A stretch of 50,852 nt of DNA from Candidatus Thorarchaeota archaeon (lineage in GTDB: Archaea; Asgardarchaeota; Thorarchaeia; Thorarchaeales; Thorarchaeaceae). This document shows positions 37,201-45,590 of the stretch, in pieces; positions within the stretch are counted from its first letter, which is position 1; every line of letters starts with the position of its first letter. The position numbers were made by a program, and so were the translations under genes. The stretch is taken from contig JBHLRP010000022.1 in assembly GCA_048882485.1 (NCBI GenBank), forward strand, positions 1 through 50,852. The letters run 5' to 3'. Under the pieces are notes generated by a model that did no database searches, was not told the DNA's origin, and saw only the letters and a list, made by a program, of their open reading frames with translations.

Positions 37201-40200
37201 ATGCTGGAACATCTAATATCACAGTAAGATTGGGAGACCCGCCCGTTTACCAGCAATGGTCATATCAGGATTCATCCCCGTTTGCCCTACAAGTTCCATC
37301 ATCAGGTTTTGGCACCGGAAACTATAATCTTACAGTGACATTGGAGCGACAGCATTGTAACACCCTTACACTTCGTGATACAGTGGACATATCAGCTCCA
37401 GTCAGCACCTATCTAATATCGCCTTCACTCACAACTGGAACAGTGGGTCAGCAAGTAAAGATCGAATGGTCACTCCATTACTCCTCAAATGGGACTGATA
37501 TTGCATCTCAAGAAACTCCCATTACAATCCTAGATGAGCTTGGTCAAATAGTATACACTACGAAAGGAATCTCCTCGATAGGAGGTAGCGTGTTTCACTG
37601 GACTCCTTCTCAACGAGGCAACTTCAGTTACACTATCAGCTTCCTGGGAAATGGTCCGCTTGTTGGATGCGAATCATCCGGTCTTATTCATGTCTATGAG
37701 GATACGATTCTGACTTGGCTGACTGAAGGGACCTATGAACAATATAGCGAGGTTTCTATTGAAGCCCGGCTAGAAACCTCTGCTGGATCTCCCCTAGCAG
37801 GATATCTCGTACACGTGACAGTGACAAGTCCTTCCTCCTCCATTCCAATTGATACAGACCTGGCTACAAACTCAACTGGGCATGTGTCAGTGCAAGTGAC
37901 AATCGATGAGAATGGTTTCTATGATCTCAATGTTGTGTTTGCAGCTACTGGCTATCTGAGAACTTCAATGAAATCATACGTAATCACTGCCTGGTCAAGT
38001 AGCACAATCTTGGTCGGGGGAATTAGCGGTGATAATTCTGTAGGCACTACCTGGGCCATTTGGGCTCATCTGCTGGACTCATTCTCTAATCCCGTTTCTG
38101 GCGAATCGATTACTCTCAGAGTTATACTCCTTCCATCCACGGTGGTAGCAGAGTACGCTCTTGATTCAAACGCGACTGGATATGTGGAAGATTCTTGGAT
38201 TGGTGATTCTGCAGGTTCGTATCGACTTGAAGCTGAGTTTGCAGGTACAGGCTCTCGTGGAAGTGCGATTGATTCTGGCGGCTTCACCTTGTGGGTTCCT
38301 GTCAACCTAACCCTTTCAATGGCTCAACCATCAGAGGTTGGAGTTGAAACCCTTATTGAGGTCATAGCTGAGGATCACCTGGGAACTCCTATCAATGGGC
38401 TTTCTGTAACTATAACCGTTCGCGATCCTCGGGGTGTCATTCAGATTCAAGAGTCGGGGACTACATCTGGAGGCCTCTTTCAGATTTCTTGGACCCCTCT
38501 CTTTCGAGGGCAGAACAGCATTAGCGCCTCCTCGGGACAGCAGTCCTGGTATGATGCAGCTGTGGCATCTGAAACTGAAGATGTCTATGAACAGCCAAGT
38601 ATTGATGTCTTGGTGCCTCTAGGCCAAGAATCTCCTTCACTGGTTAACGTGATTGTATCTCTAAGTGATTATCACGGATTGGGAGTCAGCGACGTATCAA
38701 TCCGTACGACCTTCACCATCAACGGTCAGCTATTGCTTGATGTCACGAATACAACTCAGGGTGATGGTACAATTGCTCATATGATTCAAGTGTCTGTGCC
38801 TGGGATTCTAACTACTTCTGTGACTGTTGTCGCACAAGGTTGGTTGCTGTCTGCAAGTGATGCTTTAACAGATGTCATTCTTGGAACCACAGACATCGCT
38901 CTGACCACTCCGGGTCTTCCTATTGAACAAGGAACGCAGATTGGCATTGTAGTCGCTTTGACTGATTGGAGTGGTGCACCTCTTGATGGTGCCCAAGTCA
39001 TAATTGAAGTCCGATGGTCCAATGGCACAATCGTTGCTTCAGCTGAGAGGACGACAGGGGATGATGGGAAATGCACACTTGCTCATGACTTCAATTCTGT
39101 TGGCGACTTTCTTGTCAATGCAACCTATGCTGGTGAATACCTGAATTCATCAGCCACAACATCATCTCCACAGAGAGTCTATATGACTCCTAACATGCAG
39201 TTGAGTCATAGTCCTTCCTGCATGCTCGGAGAAACGCTGGAGATCTACGTAGGCATCACTGATGCATATCAACAGAACGTTGTTGGAAGAACACTCCTCC
39301 TCTTAGTCGAGCAAAAAAACATCATTGTATTTGAAACAGAAGTCGAGTCAGTAGATGGTTTGCTCACAGTACATTGGGATCCAGAAGATAGAGGTCTGGC
39401 TTCAATATCTCTTCTTCATGCTGGAGACCCCTATTACTATGCAAACTCGACTGGGTCGACGGTTTCAGTCTTGGAACTTGTGAGCGCAAATCTGATTCTC
39501 GAACCGCCATCAGTGGATGTGTTCAACACTGCTAGTCTTCAGTATATTCTCCAGACTGAGGGAACATTGAGTGGAGTTGTAATTCACTTTGAAGTTTTGG
39601 GTCTAGATTTGGTACCCGTCTGGTCAGCAGACCTAGCAACTAATGTTAGCGGGATTGCTGAAGTGTTTTACAATGCCGATGATTCACATGGCATTCTTAC
39701 TGTTCGAGCATTCCCGACCGCCGAGCAATTCTTGATTGGTGGTGATACCCAGGAACAGCTCAATGTGATGACGATCTGTACTATAGCAACTACACTTGTC
39801 CCTGTTCCACCTAAAGCAGGAGAAGATGTCAATATCACCCTCAACATCATTGACCAGCTAGGTATACCTGTCGAGAATCTAAATGTGGTCGTTTCACTCG
39901 AGGATCCTCTTGGCAATCCAGTCAGACTTGGTTTCTGGTCCAATTCGATCACTGTTACAACTAGCAATGGAATAGCAATCGTGAGTTTTGTGCCCAATAT
40001 GACTGGGCTCTATTCGGTTCACCTCTCTTCTTCAGGTGCGACTTCTGTACATAGCTTTACGGATGACACCTATCACACCGTGTATTCGCAAAGCAGTGCT
40101 AATGTTAGTGTGTCAGAAGCCTTCCTTGACGTAGGTGACATGCTTGACATCTCAGTACTCCTGTCAGACTATCAGGGGTCTCCAATGGTGGGGAGAGATA

Positions 40201-42035
40201 TGACGATTCTATTGAATGGGCCAGGCGGCTCAGCAATCGGACCGATGCCTGTTGTGACAGATGGCACAGGTCATGCCTATTGGAGTGTCCCGATAGATGA
40301 CGAGGGTCTTTGGTCAGTATCTGCAGTCTTTGAAGGATTAGGAGTTTACCTTCCAGCTATAGGTTCTACTGAGGTTAATGTGAGATACAGCACAGAAATC
40401 CAAGCATCCATCATTTCCACAGATGATATGATAGCTGGACTCATCCCTGTATCAATCTCCGTTCTATTAACGGACTCCGGAGGGACCCCTCTAGAAGGGT
40501 TCACAATCGATTACTATGCATATCATGATCAATTCGGACTCATGATGACTGATAGTGTTGTCCAAAATGGACAGGAACCCATTGTGCTGAATATCACTCT
40601 AGACCGGATGGGCAACTACACACTTCTCCTTTCCTTTGCTGGAACGGCGCATTACCATACTTCTAACTCAGCTCTAAGAATCTGGGTATATGGCACCACA
40701 AATATCACAATTAGCGTGAGCCCCTCGATTGAGCGCTCCTCGAATTCATATTTAATTGCATCAGTTATTGATGAGCTAGGCTCAGCAATTGATCTGAATG
40801 AATTGAGTACATCAATAGACCTGATTGGCCCTAGTGGGACTGTGGACTTGTTTGTACGGCTTCAATCATCTGATATAGAAATGAGTATATCTTTGGAAGG
40901 ACTTGAGGTTGGACCGTATACGCTGGGCTTGATGGTGTATGATAATGCAAAGCGTGTTGGCTGCGCGACGCAAGTTCAGTTCAACGTTACAGCATGGACA
41001 GATCTCTCAATCTTGGATGAAAGCATCTCTGGAATTATCAACGAAGATCATGAGATCAACTTCACGCTCGTGGACAGCATTGGGGATGTCGCTGACGGAG
41101 CTACTGTCTATGTGAGTCTCTACTCACCAAGTGGAAGAGAGATTCTTGGTTCGCCCCTCACGACAAGAACTGCCTATCCAGTTGGTGCAGATGGCATCGT
41201 CATATCATGGAGCCCTAACTTGACAGGAAATTACACGTTGACACTCATGTTTGAAGGCACAGACTATTGGCTATCCACGAGTCGCGTTATGACAGTCCTA
41301 ATTCGATACGTGAGCCAGGTCGATGTAGATCATCCTGCAACTATGGAGTTCGGGCAACCGATACCCCTCTCCATTACCCTTTCTTCAGGTGTCTTTAGAA
41401 TATCGGATGCATCTCTCACGATTTATGTCTGGATGGATGAACAGCTAATGCTTGAGCAGCCCGTTCTTACTGGAAGCCGTGGCGGAGTGGATACTAAACT
41501 TGACGGATTCTTGGCAGGGAATCTTACAGTTGAAGTGAAGTTTAATGGGACTGATAGCTATGCACCCACCTCGAATAGATTCTCACTACTCGTGACCCCA
41601 GTACTGCTTCTTGAAGTGACGCCCTTAATACCGCTTCAAGTCGGGCTGAATTCTACACTCAATGTGAGTTACAGTATTCTTGGTGTTGCTGAGGAGTGGA
41701 CCGGTGGACTAGAGATCTCAATCTCTGATCCCGAGGATATGTTGGTTGACACATGGTCATTGATTGCGCATCAAGTTGGCTACTCAGTCATAGAGTTCTA
41801 TGCTGAACTCGAGGGTGAATACCTAGTTGAGATTGTTGTCAATGGATTACCAGCGGTTGAGCGCATGAATTCGGTGTTGCCTTTATTGGTAGGCGGTGCC
41901 AAACCATCATTGCCCATGGATGGAGGAACCACCTCCTGGATTGGAGGACTTGGGATTGTCGCAGCTATTGCTGTGCTGGCAAGGAGGAGAGTGGGACGGA
42001 TTGTTGGCAATTTTCCGGGAGAGTGGGAGGGCTAA
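34215..42035 (+). CDS. Giant cell-surface protein: signal peptide, prenyltransferase/squalene-oxidase-repeat alpha-alpha barrel region, many Ig-like repeats, C-terminal TM anchor
   Basis: Basic-hydrophobic N-terminus. QW-like repeats (YLASRQGLDGDF, WLDSNQLDSGGFG). Recurrent ~95-aa beta modules (LxD..GxP..G...T...G...GxY.....F.G...Y). Ends WIGGLGIVAAIAVLA-RRR. Confidence 0.85.
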   Translation: MRHRRLVLGIIIIAIAWTSPLVLSSGFSPLLQDATPIDVNSAHFASADDGVIIDWSPVIVLELPGYSIPARGSTWLQVLQSAGVAASVVTVSDLLVDPTIIHAAPLILVDGSLGADDASHVPAALVDLLIGEDVSIVLTGRAAWLLHLLRGRGPPSGIALSNYQLSTTPGLEGAIYLSSPISLSLGSALTIESPILLPDDSIQTENSRLVDLTGSGPSSLASLRYDSWPLETFLFAPEDPFLLTTEGRGLVVNTLAYAIALRENAVSQVLAATQSDDTKLLPGGYSYSHEATMAGTYYAVQMAVALMGASEWSTWKSAKQGLVLSILNSLAVDFGAETGFLTAKTDGSVGCKSTAQGLWVLSIMGLSSQFSVSEIVAYLASRQGLDGDFENHITTTYHATEALASAGSLGAIDTVALKSWLRSCVIDGGKTSDPDLWGSVGSNPTSTSPTNQYASDYVRALGILGTAHNDPVKLTSWIVTRTAIGDGSFRNTVTLGEELTIGTGSALTAMAVMGTLSSENRTNGLSWLDSNQLDSGGFGLETKDGDIVAKTKESYCVAVALNEMSETSGPISPELKSYLSAIETNIGFELMDPVPSLMWNYWLATISRMNHAAGVVDKKLQVQYLDLFSQWTQYPWWNNFTAVTAPEYGVNQYRTKSVWTQYFGVATALAQGAVPSSEVMADALNYISLSQYVMGHFRPAMFIGTAHIQHSVAAVEALYLMGSLDAIPYRSSLESAMLNDFSNGQWSMSGWTVKPYAGEQSAIDWLCTRAAVRLNIVDTTMASQISSSINSRIQYNNIYALSCDVATLALLNASGFDVNLESIDATQVLNALGPAPYANGWLNATNQWQPVYTAESLEMVSILGIRPLLIDMPGSSISISTDATVSLGSSLYIDVGVGSSISSHSVLVYAFDEWTKFTNVENSDTLRIDVPGDTKFLGHAEIYTIATDWNHSRAFAMSTLDVHGDLEGSLTIETPNVSAGSFINGTVSWTIAPGIDAGTSNITVRLGDPPVYQQWSYQDSSPFALQVPSSGFGTGNYNLTVTLERQHCNTLTLRDTVDISAPVSTYLISPSLTTGTVGQQVKIEWSLHYSSNGTDIASQETPITILDELGQIVYTTKGISSIGGSVFHWTPSQRGNFSYTISFLGNGPLVGCESSGLIHVYEDTILTWLTEGTYEQYSEVSIEARLETSAGSPLAGYLVHVTVTSPSSSIPIDTDLATNSTGHVSVQVTIDENGFYDLNVVFAATGYLRTSMKSYVITAWSSSTILVGGISGDNSVGTTWAIWAHLLDSFSNPVSGESITLRVILLPSTVVAEYALDSNATGYVEDSWIGDSAGSYRLEAEFAGTGSRGSAIDSGGFTLWVPVNLTLSMAQPSEVGVETLIEVIAEDHLGTPINGLSVTITVRDPRGVIQIQESGTTSGGLFQISWTPLFRGQNSISASSGQQSWYDAAVASETEDVYEQPSIDVLVPLGQESPSLVNVIVSLSDYHGLGVSDVSIRTTFTINGQLLLDVTNTTQGDGTIAHMIQVSVPGILTTSVTVVAQGWLLSASDALTDVILGTTDIALTTPGLPIEQGTQIGIVVALTDWSGAPLDGAQVIIEVRWSNGTIVASAERTTGDDGKCTLAHDFNSVGDFLVNATYAGEYLNSSATTSSPQRVYMTPNMQLSHSPSCMLGETLEIYVGITDAYQQNVVGRTLLLLVEQKNIIVFETEVESVDGLLTVHWDPEDRGLASISLLHAGDPYYYANSTGSTVSVLELVSANLILEPPSVDVFNTASLQYILQTEGTLSGVVIHFEVLGLDLVPVWSADLATNVSGIAEVFYNADDSHGILTVRAFPTAEQFLIGGDTQEQLNVMTICTIATTLVPVPPKAGEDVNITLNIIDQLGIPVENLNVVVSLEDPLGNPVRLGFWSNSITVTTSNGIAIVSFVPNMTGLYSVHLSSSGATSVHSFTDDTYHTVYSQSSANVSVSEAFLDVGDMLDISVLLSDYQGSPMVGRDMTILLNGPGGSAIGPMPVVTDGTGHAYWSVPIDDEGLWSVSAVFEGLGVYLPAIGSTEVNVRYSTEIQASIISTDDMIAGLIPVSISVLLTDSGGTPLEGFTIDYYAYHDQFGLMMTDSVVQNGQEPIVLNITLDRMGNYTLLLSFAGTAHYHTSNSALRIWVYGTTNITISVSPSIERSSNSYLIASVIDELGSAIDLNELSTSIDLIGPSGTVDLFVRLQSSDIEMSISLEGLEVGPYTLGLMVYDNAKRVGCATQVQFNVTAWTDLSILDESISGIINEDHEINFTLVDSIGDVADGATVYVSLYSPSGREILGSPLTTRTAYPVGADGIVISWSPNLTGNYTLTLMFEGTDYWLSTSRVMTVLIRYVSQVDVDHPATMEFGQPIPLSITLSSGVFRISDASLTIYVWMDEQLMLEQPVLTGSRGGVDTKLDGFLAGNLTVEVKFNGTDSYAPTSNRFSLLVTPVLLLEVTPLIPLQVGLNSTLNVSYSILGVAEEWTGGLEISISDPEDMLVDTWSLIAHQVGYSVIEFYAELEGEYLVEIVVNGLPAVERMNSVLPLLVGGAKPSLPMDGGTTSWIGGLGIVAAIAVLARRRVGRIVGNFPGEWEG

Positions 42036-44059
42036 TCTTCCTTGGATGTTTCCTCTTGATAGGGAACTCTGATTTGACTCAACATCTGAGTTACATCACT
42101 CTCCCAACTGCCTTCTTCCTTCAAGAGTCGCCTGTAGAAACCCCATCTGTAGCTGCGAAGAGATGTAGGTCTGTTGCATCTAAGCGCTATTCCTCTTTCT
42201 GCAGCTTCTTCAGGCAAAGTAGCTATCAGGTGGTGTGCTGTTGATGTCGGTTGTCTAGAGAGTGCCAGTAGCCATTCACCTTTCTTTGCTAGATGCACAG
42301 TTGCAGTTGGCGAATACCTCAAAAACGCCCGACCAAGTGAACACACGTTATTGACATTGCCCTGCGCAACTACAGTAACAGTCATCAAGTCTGGCAGAGT
42401 GGGAAAATATGTAGTTTCTATGATTCCTTTCTCTTTCATTTCTTCCAGTGCAGAGAGTAGCTGCGGCCGACTCAACCCCATGTACGCGACATACTTCTCT
42501 TGCTCCAAGTCTGACAAATCCAGCAAGTTGGATGTGGCATCAAGGGCCTTTGCCCAGATTTCATTTGGAGAGTAGGTCTTTGACCCTTTGTACTTTCCAA
42601 ATTCATTTCCCAGCCTTCTGAGCGTTCTTTTCCCGTCTAGAGACCTGAGAATCCTGCTTACAGGTATTTTCCAGGTTCTAGACCGAATGTCATGCAAGTT
42701 CTCGTTGACAGTGGTTCCAGTCCAATCAACTCCCATCAAACTTGGCCTCGCTCTAAGAGCTACCTCCAAACTATCCGGCGGCATCTCCATTATCTGTACA
42801 CTAGGTTGCCTAATCCCAGTGCTTCCGATAGTAGCAGACCATTTCATATGAATAGTTGGCCACTGATGAGCAAATCCCATGTAAGCGACTCTAATCAATC
42901 CCAAGGAGCTTGGTCTCAATAAGCTGCGGAGTCTGATTCCTACGCCTAGGAGCTTGAACCTTTCAATCCATTTTTTGCGTGAATTTTCGGCTTGCGCCTT
43001 AGTTACAGGCAATCCAAGTGAAATTCTGCCCGAATTATTCAATATCTCAGAATACTTCAATGCAGTATCGAAGATTTTTGGAAGCCCATCCATTATTTTG
43101 TAGTATGTCCGATGCCAGGGATCCGCATCGAGTGATTCCCTTACTGCCATCATTGGTGTACCTGCTTGCTGCAAAGCGATTTCCTGCATTATCCTAACAT
43201 AGGATGGTGGCTGCTCTCCACTAAGTACACAAGCGAGATGCCCCATAAGGAGTGATCGAAGTATATCCTTGGATAGAAATTTCTCAAAATAAGACACCGG
43301 ATCCTCCCCAGGTTGATGCCCTTTCATAATTGCTCCCAGAAAGGCCATTACTTGTGTTCTTGTGTCTGAATCATATGATTTTGGTACCAGTAGATCCAGA
43401 GTGTCTCTCATGTTGCTGCCAATTCTCAGGCCAGGAACGTAGACGTCGTTCGTTATGAGTGACAATTCATTCCAATCTGGCGGTGCGCCAGATAAAACAT
43501 CATTAATCCACTTCTCAGCTTCTGATTGACTAATACTTGATAACTCTCTGAACATTTTGCTATACTCATCGATTTCCTCCGAGAAATCCAAAACCCCTTT
43601 TTCGAACGGCAGAATTGTGTGTGCTTCTAGAAACTCTTTGGCTTTTGCGTCCCAGATAGATATCCAATATCCCTCTTTTTCAGTCATTTCATGAAGCAAA
43701 ATAATTGCTCTTCGGCCTCTTTTCACGATTCTACTGAACCATCCGGATGTTGAAGGTGGATAGAGTGGTTCTGATCTGCTACCATCCAGAATGAATAATC
43801 TTTCAGTTACTAGGCAGGGAAATGGGTTAATCCCAATTGGAGATGAAATTTCTTGCTTCATTCGATTTCCAGTTGTGTCCAGATTAATTGCTTCGTGGAC
43901 TAGTATTTGCTCCAGGTTCTGCGAAACATCGAAAGCACCGTGTTCGCTGATGAAAACTGGACCTTCTTCTTTATAGCTCATTTGAGCATGACTTACCGTA
44001 CCGCCTACTTCAAATGAAATGTGCAGCATCTTGAGACCGCTCAAAAGACCTCTCTCCAC
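42032..44059 (-). CDS. Large hypothetical protein with C-terminal Lrp/AsnC-like wHTH plus ferredoxin-fold modules
   Basis: 675-aa ORF. YMGLSRPQLLSALEEMKEKGIIETTYFP wHTH followed by a beta-alpha-beta segment; motif pattern shared with 30416-32584. Confidence 0.6.
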   Translation of the reverse strand: MERGLLSGLKMLHISFEVGGTVSHAQMSYKEEGPVFISEHGAFDVSQNLEQILVHEAINLDTTGNRMKQEISSPIGINPFPCLVTERLFILDGSRSEPLYPPSTSGWFSRIVKRGRRAIILLHEMTEKEGYWISIWDAKAKEFLEAHTILPFEKGVLDFSEEIDEYSKMFRELSSISQSEAEKWINDVLSGAPPDWNELSLITNDVYVPGLRIGSNMRDTLDLLVPKSYDSDTRTQVMAFLGAIMKGHQPGEDPVSYFEKFLSKDILRSLLMGHLACVLSGEQPPSYVRIMQEIALQQAGTPMMAVRESLDADPWHRTYYKIMDGLPKIFDTALKYSEILNNSGRISLGLPVTKAQAENSRKKWIERFKLLGVGIRLRSLLRPSSLGLIRVAYMGFAHQWPTIHMKWSATIGSTGIRQPSVQIMEMPPDSLEVALRARPSLMGVDWTGTTVNENLHDIRSRTWKIPVSRILRSLDGKRTLRRLGNEFGKYKGSKTYSPNEIWAKALDATSNLLDLSDLEQEKYVAYMGLSRPQLLSALEEMKEKGIIETTYFPTLPDLMTVTVVAQGNVNNVCSLGRAFLRYSPTATVHLAKKGEWLLALSRQPTSTAHHLIATLPEEAAERGIALRCNRPTSLRSYRWGFYRRLLKEEGSWESDVTQMLSQIRVPYQEETSKED

Positions 44060-44150
44060 CGATGGCTGAATCGTATAGCTTCGTATATGCTTTGTCCAAG
44101 GAGATGAGGCATAAGATAAGATGGATGAGTAACTGATTTGAAGTCATCCG

Positions 44151-44189
44151 AAAAAAAAGCAGAGAGAAATCCGCTTTAGGCGGCTTCTC
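44151..44189 (-). terminator. Hairpin plus T8 tract terminator downstream of the repeat-peptide ORF
   Basis: The + strand shows A8 (44151-44158) next to an imperfect stem GAGAA..CCGC-loop-GCGG.TTCTC, which reads as hairpin then poly-T on the - strand. Confidence 0.6.
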
Positions 44190-44225
44190 AAGTGTAGTTT
44201 CTAAATAACTCCGAAGATGGATATG

Positions 44226-44351
44226 TCACAAACCCCATGGTTCCGGAGGGGGAGTGAAGGGTTTCAAGTTCCAAGGTTCCGGAGGAGGGGTGAATGGTTT
44301 CACACCCCAAGGTTCTGGAGGAGGGGTGAATGGTTTTACATCAATAGTCAT
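44226..44351 (-). CDS. 41-aa repeat peptide MTID-VKPFTPPPEPWG-VKPFTPPPEPWN-LKPFTPPPEPWG-L (not in ORF track)
   Basis: ATG 44351 and TGA 44226 bracket three 36-bp repeats. All nucleotide differences in the 10-codon core are silent in this frame. Confidence 0.8.
   Translation of the reverse strand: MTIDVKPFTPPPEPWGVKPFTPPPEPWNLKPFTPPPEPWGL
44232..44339. repeat. Three tandem imperfect 36-bp repeats
   Basis: CCA(T/A)GGTTC(C/T)GGAGG(G/A)GG(A/G)GTGAA(G/T)GGTTT recurs at 44235, 44271 and 44307. Confidence 0.95.
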
Positions 44352-44651
44352 TTTGAATCGTTATCATGTCCCCCAAAATTGTGCAGAATTTCCTTCTACA
44401 GCTTCCAGACAATTAACTCAGGTTTGGGTGTCAAACATTAGTCAATGCGCATTCTTATACTAGGGCAAAATGTGTAGGACTTCAAATACCAAAAGCAACG
44501 ACTTTCAGAGAATTTTGGTATATTTGACCCTGTCTTACACCATTACAAAAGGAGGAGAGTCTCTGCATAGCGCAGAGCAGGCTAGCAGGAAACGATATTT
44601 TTACACTCTCCCCTAACAAAACTCAACCCCGAAAATCAAACCCCCCAACAA

Positions 44652-44780
44652 ATGACAGCGCTGCTGGCCGCTCATTTCTTACATTTCTTGTTTATGTTCC
44701 TGTATATCGGATTCATTGCATTCACAATTGCTTTGATCCTTTGGTGGGCTTTCATAAGGGGCAAGAAAGCTATTACATGA
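44652..44780 (+). CDS. 42-aa single-pass membrane micro-protein (not in ORF track)
   Basis: MTALLAAHFLHFLFMFLYIGFIAFTIALILWWAFIRGKKAIT: a hydrophobic stretch then RGKK, followed by a hairpin before the convergent rubrerythrin stop. Confidence 0.5.
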   Translation: MTALLAAHFLHFLFMFLYIGFIAFTIALILWWAFIRGKKAIT

Positions 44781-44849
44781 ACTCATTGAGTGATTGAAAA
44801 ATAGGAAGCGCCTCGGCTTTGTACGAGCCAAGGCTTTGATTAGGCAGAA

Positions 44850-45455
44850 CTAGTACTCCTCGAAATGCAACATGAAGTATCCCTTATCATGTTGGCAAGC
44901 AGGGCACTTCTCAGGCGGCGAATTGCCTTCGTGAATATATCCACAATTGTCGCATCTCCACTTGATTTTCCCAGTCTTCTTGAAAATAGAACCGTCCTTG
45001 ATCTGCTCTGCTAAGGCAATATAGCGGGCATGATGCCAGGATTCAGCCTTGGCAATCATTCTCCATTGATGAGCGATTTCCTTGAATCCTTCCTCTTCAG
45101 CAATATCGGCAAAGCCAGGATACATCTCAGTATATTCATACTTCTCCCCAGCTGCAGCATGTCTGAGTATTGATTCAGTGTCCTCATACGAACCCGAAGT
45201 AGGAAAGTCCCATTCAACCTTGAGTGCTTCGGTTGCATCACCCTGTTTAAGGTACTTAAAGAACCTCTTGGCATGCTCCAGTTCATGACCTGCGGTTTCC
45301 AAGAAGACCGCGGAAATATGCTGGTAGCCTTCTTTCTTGGCGGTACTTGCAGCCATAGTATATCTATTACGTGCTTGTGACTCGCCTGCGAAAGATGTCA
45401 GGAGATTCTTTTCGGTTTTGGTTCCCTTGAGTTTCAACTCTCTTACCTCCGTCAT
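44850..45455 (-). CDS. rbr: Rubrerythrin
   Basis: FAGESQARNRY, ELEHA, GEKYE, ESWH diiron ligands; C-terminal CDNCGY...CPAC rubredoxin-like domain. Confidence 0.96.
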   Translation of the reverse strand: MTEVRELKLKGTKTEKNLLTSFAGESQARNRYTMAASTAKKEGYQHISAVFLETAGHELEHAKRFFKYLKQGDATEALKVEWDFPTSGSYEDTESILRHAAAGEKYEYTEMYPGFADIAEEEGFKEIAHQWRMIAKAESWHHARYIALAEQIKDGSIFKKTGKIKWRCDNCGYIHEGNSPPEKCPACQHDKGYFMLHFEEY

Positions 45456-45590
45456 TCTATCATGCAGTATACATCACTGCATTTGCTGAATAACTGCTCC
45501 AGCAAACAGTGCAGTCACTAAAAATCTTGCTTTAGGGACCAGCCAATTCATAGGCAGTGTTGAATGCATTCGAGGAAGAGGGCACACGCG

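Noticed and set aside
34215-42035. Giant protein as an active squalene/terpene cyclase
   Set aside because: No DxDD catalytic motif is visible, and the protein is predicted to be extracellular and stalk-anchored.
44232-44339. 36-bp repeats as a mini CRISPR array
   Set aside because: The units are directly tandem with no unique spacers, no cas genes are nearby, and the variation follows codon structure.
44217-44463. + strand ORFs 44217-44441 and 44254-44463 (GSGGGVNGF repeats) as the real gene
   Set aside because: The 44254 frame shares third codon positions with the - strand ORF, but it has non-silent changes (H/Q, K/N) and starts inside the first repeat. The 44217 frame varies more. The - strand ORF brackets the repeats exactly and has a terminator.
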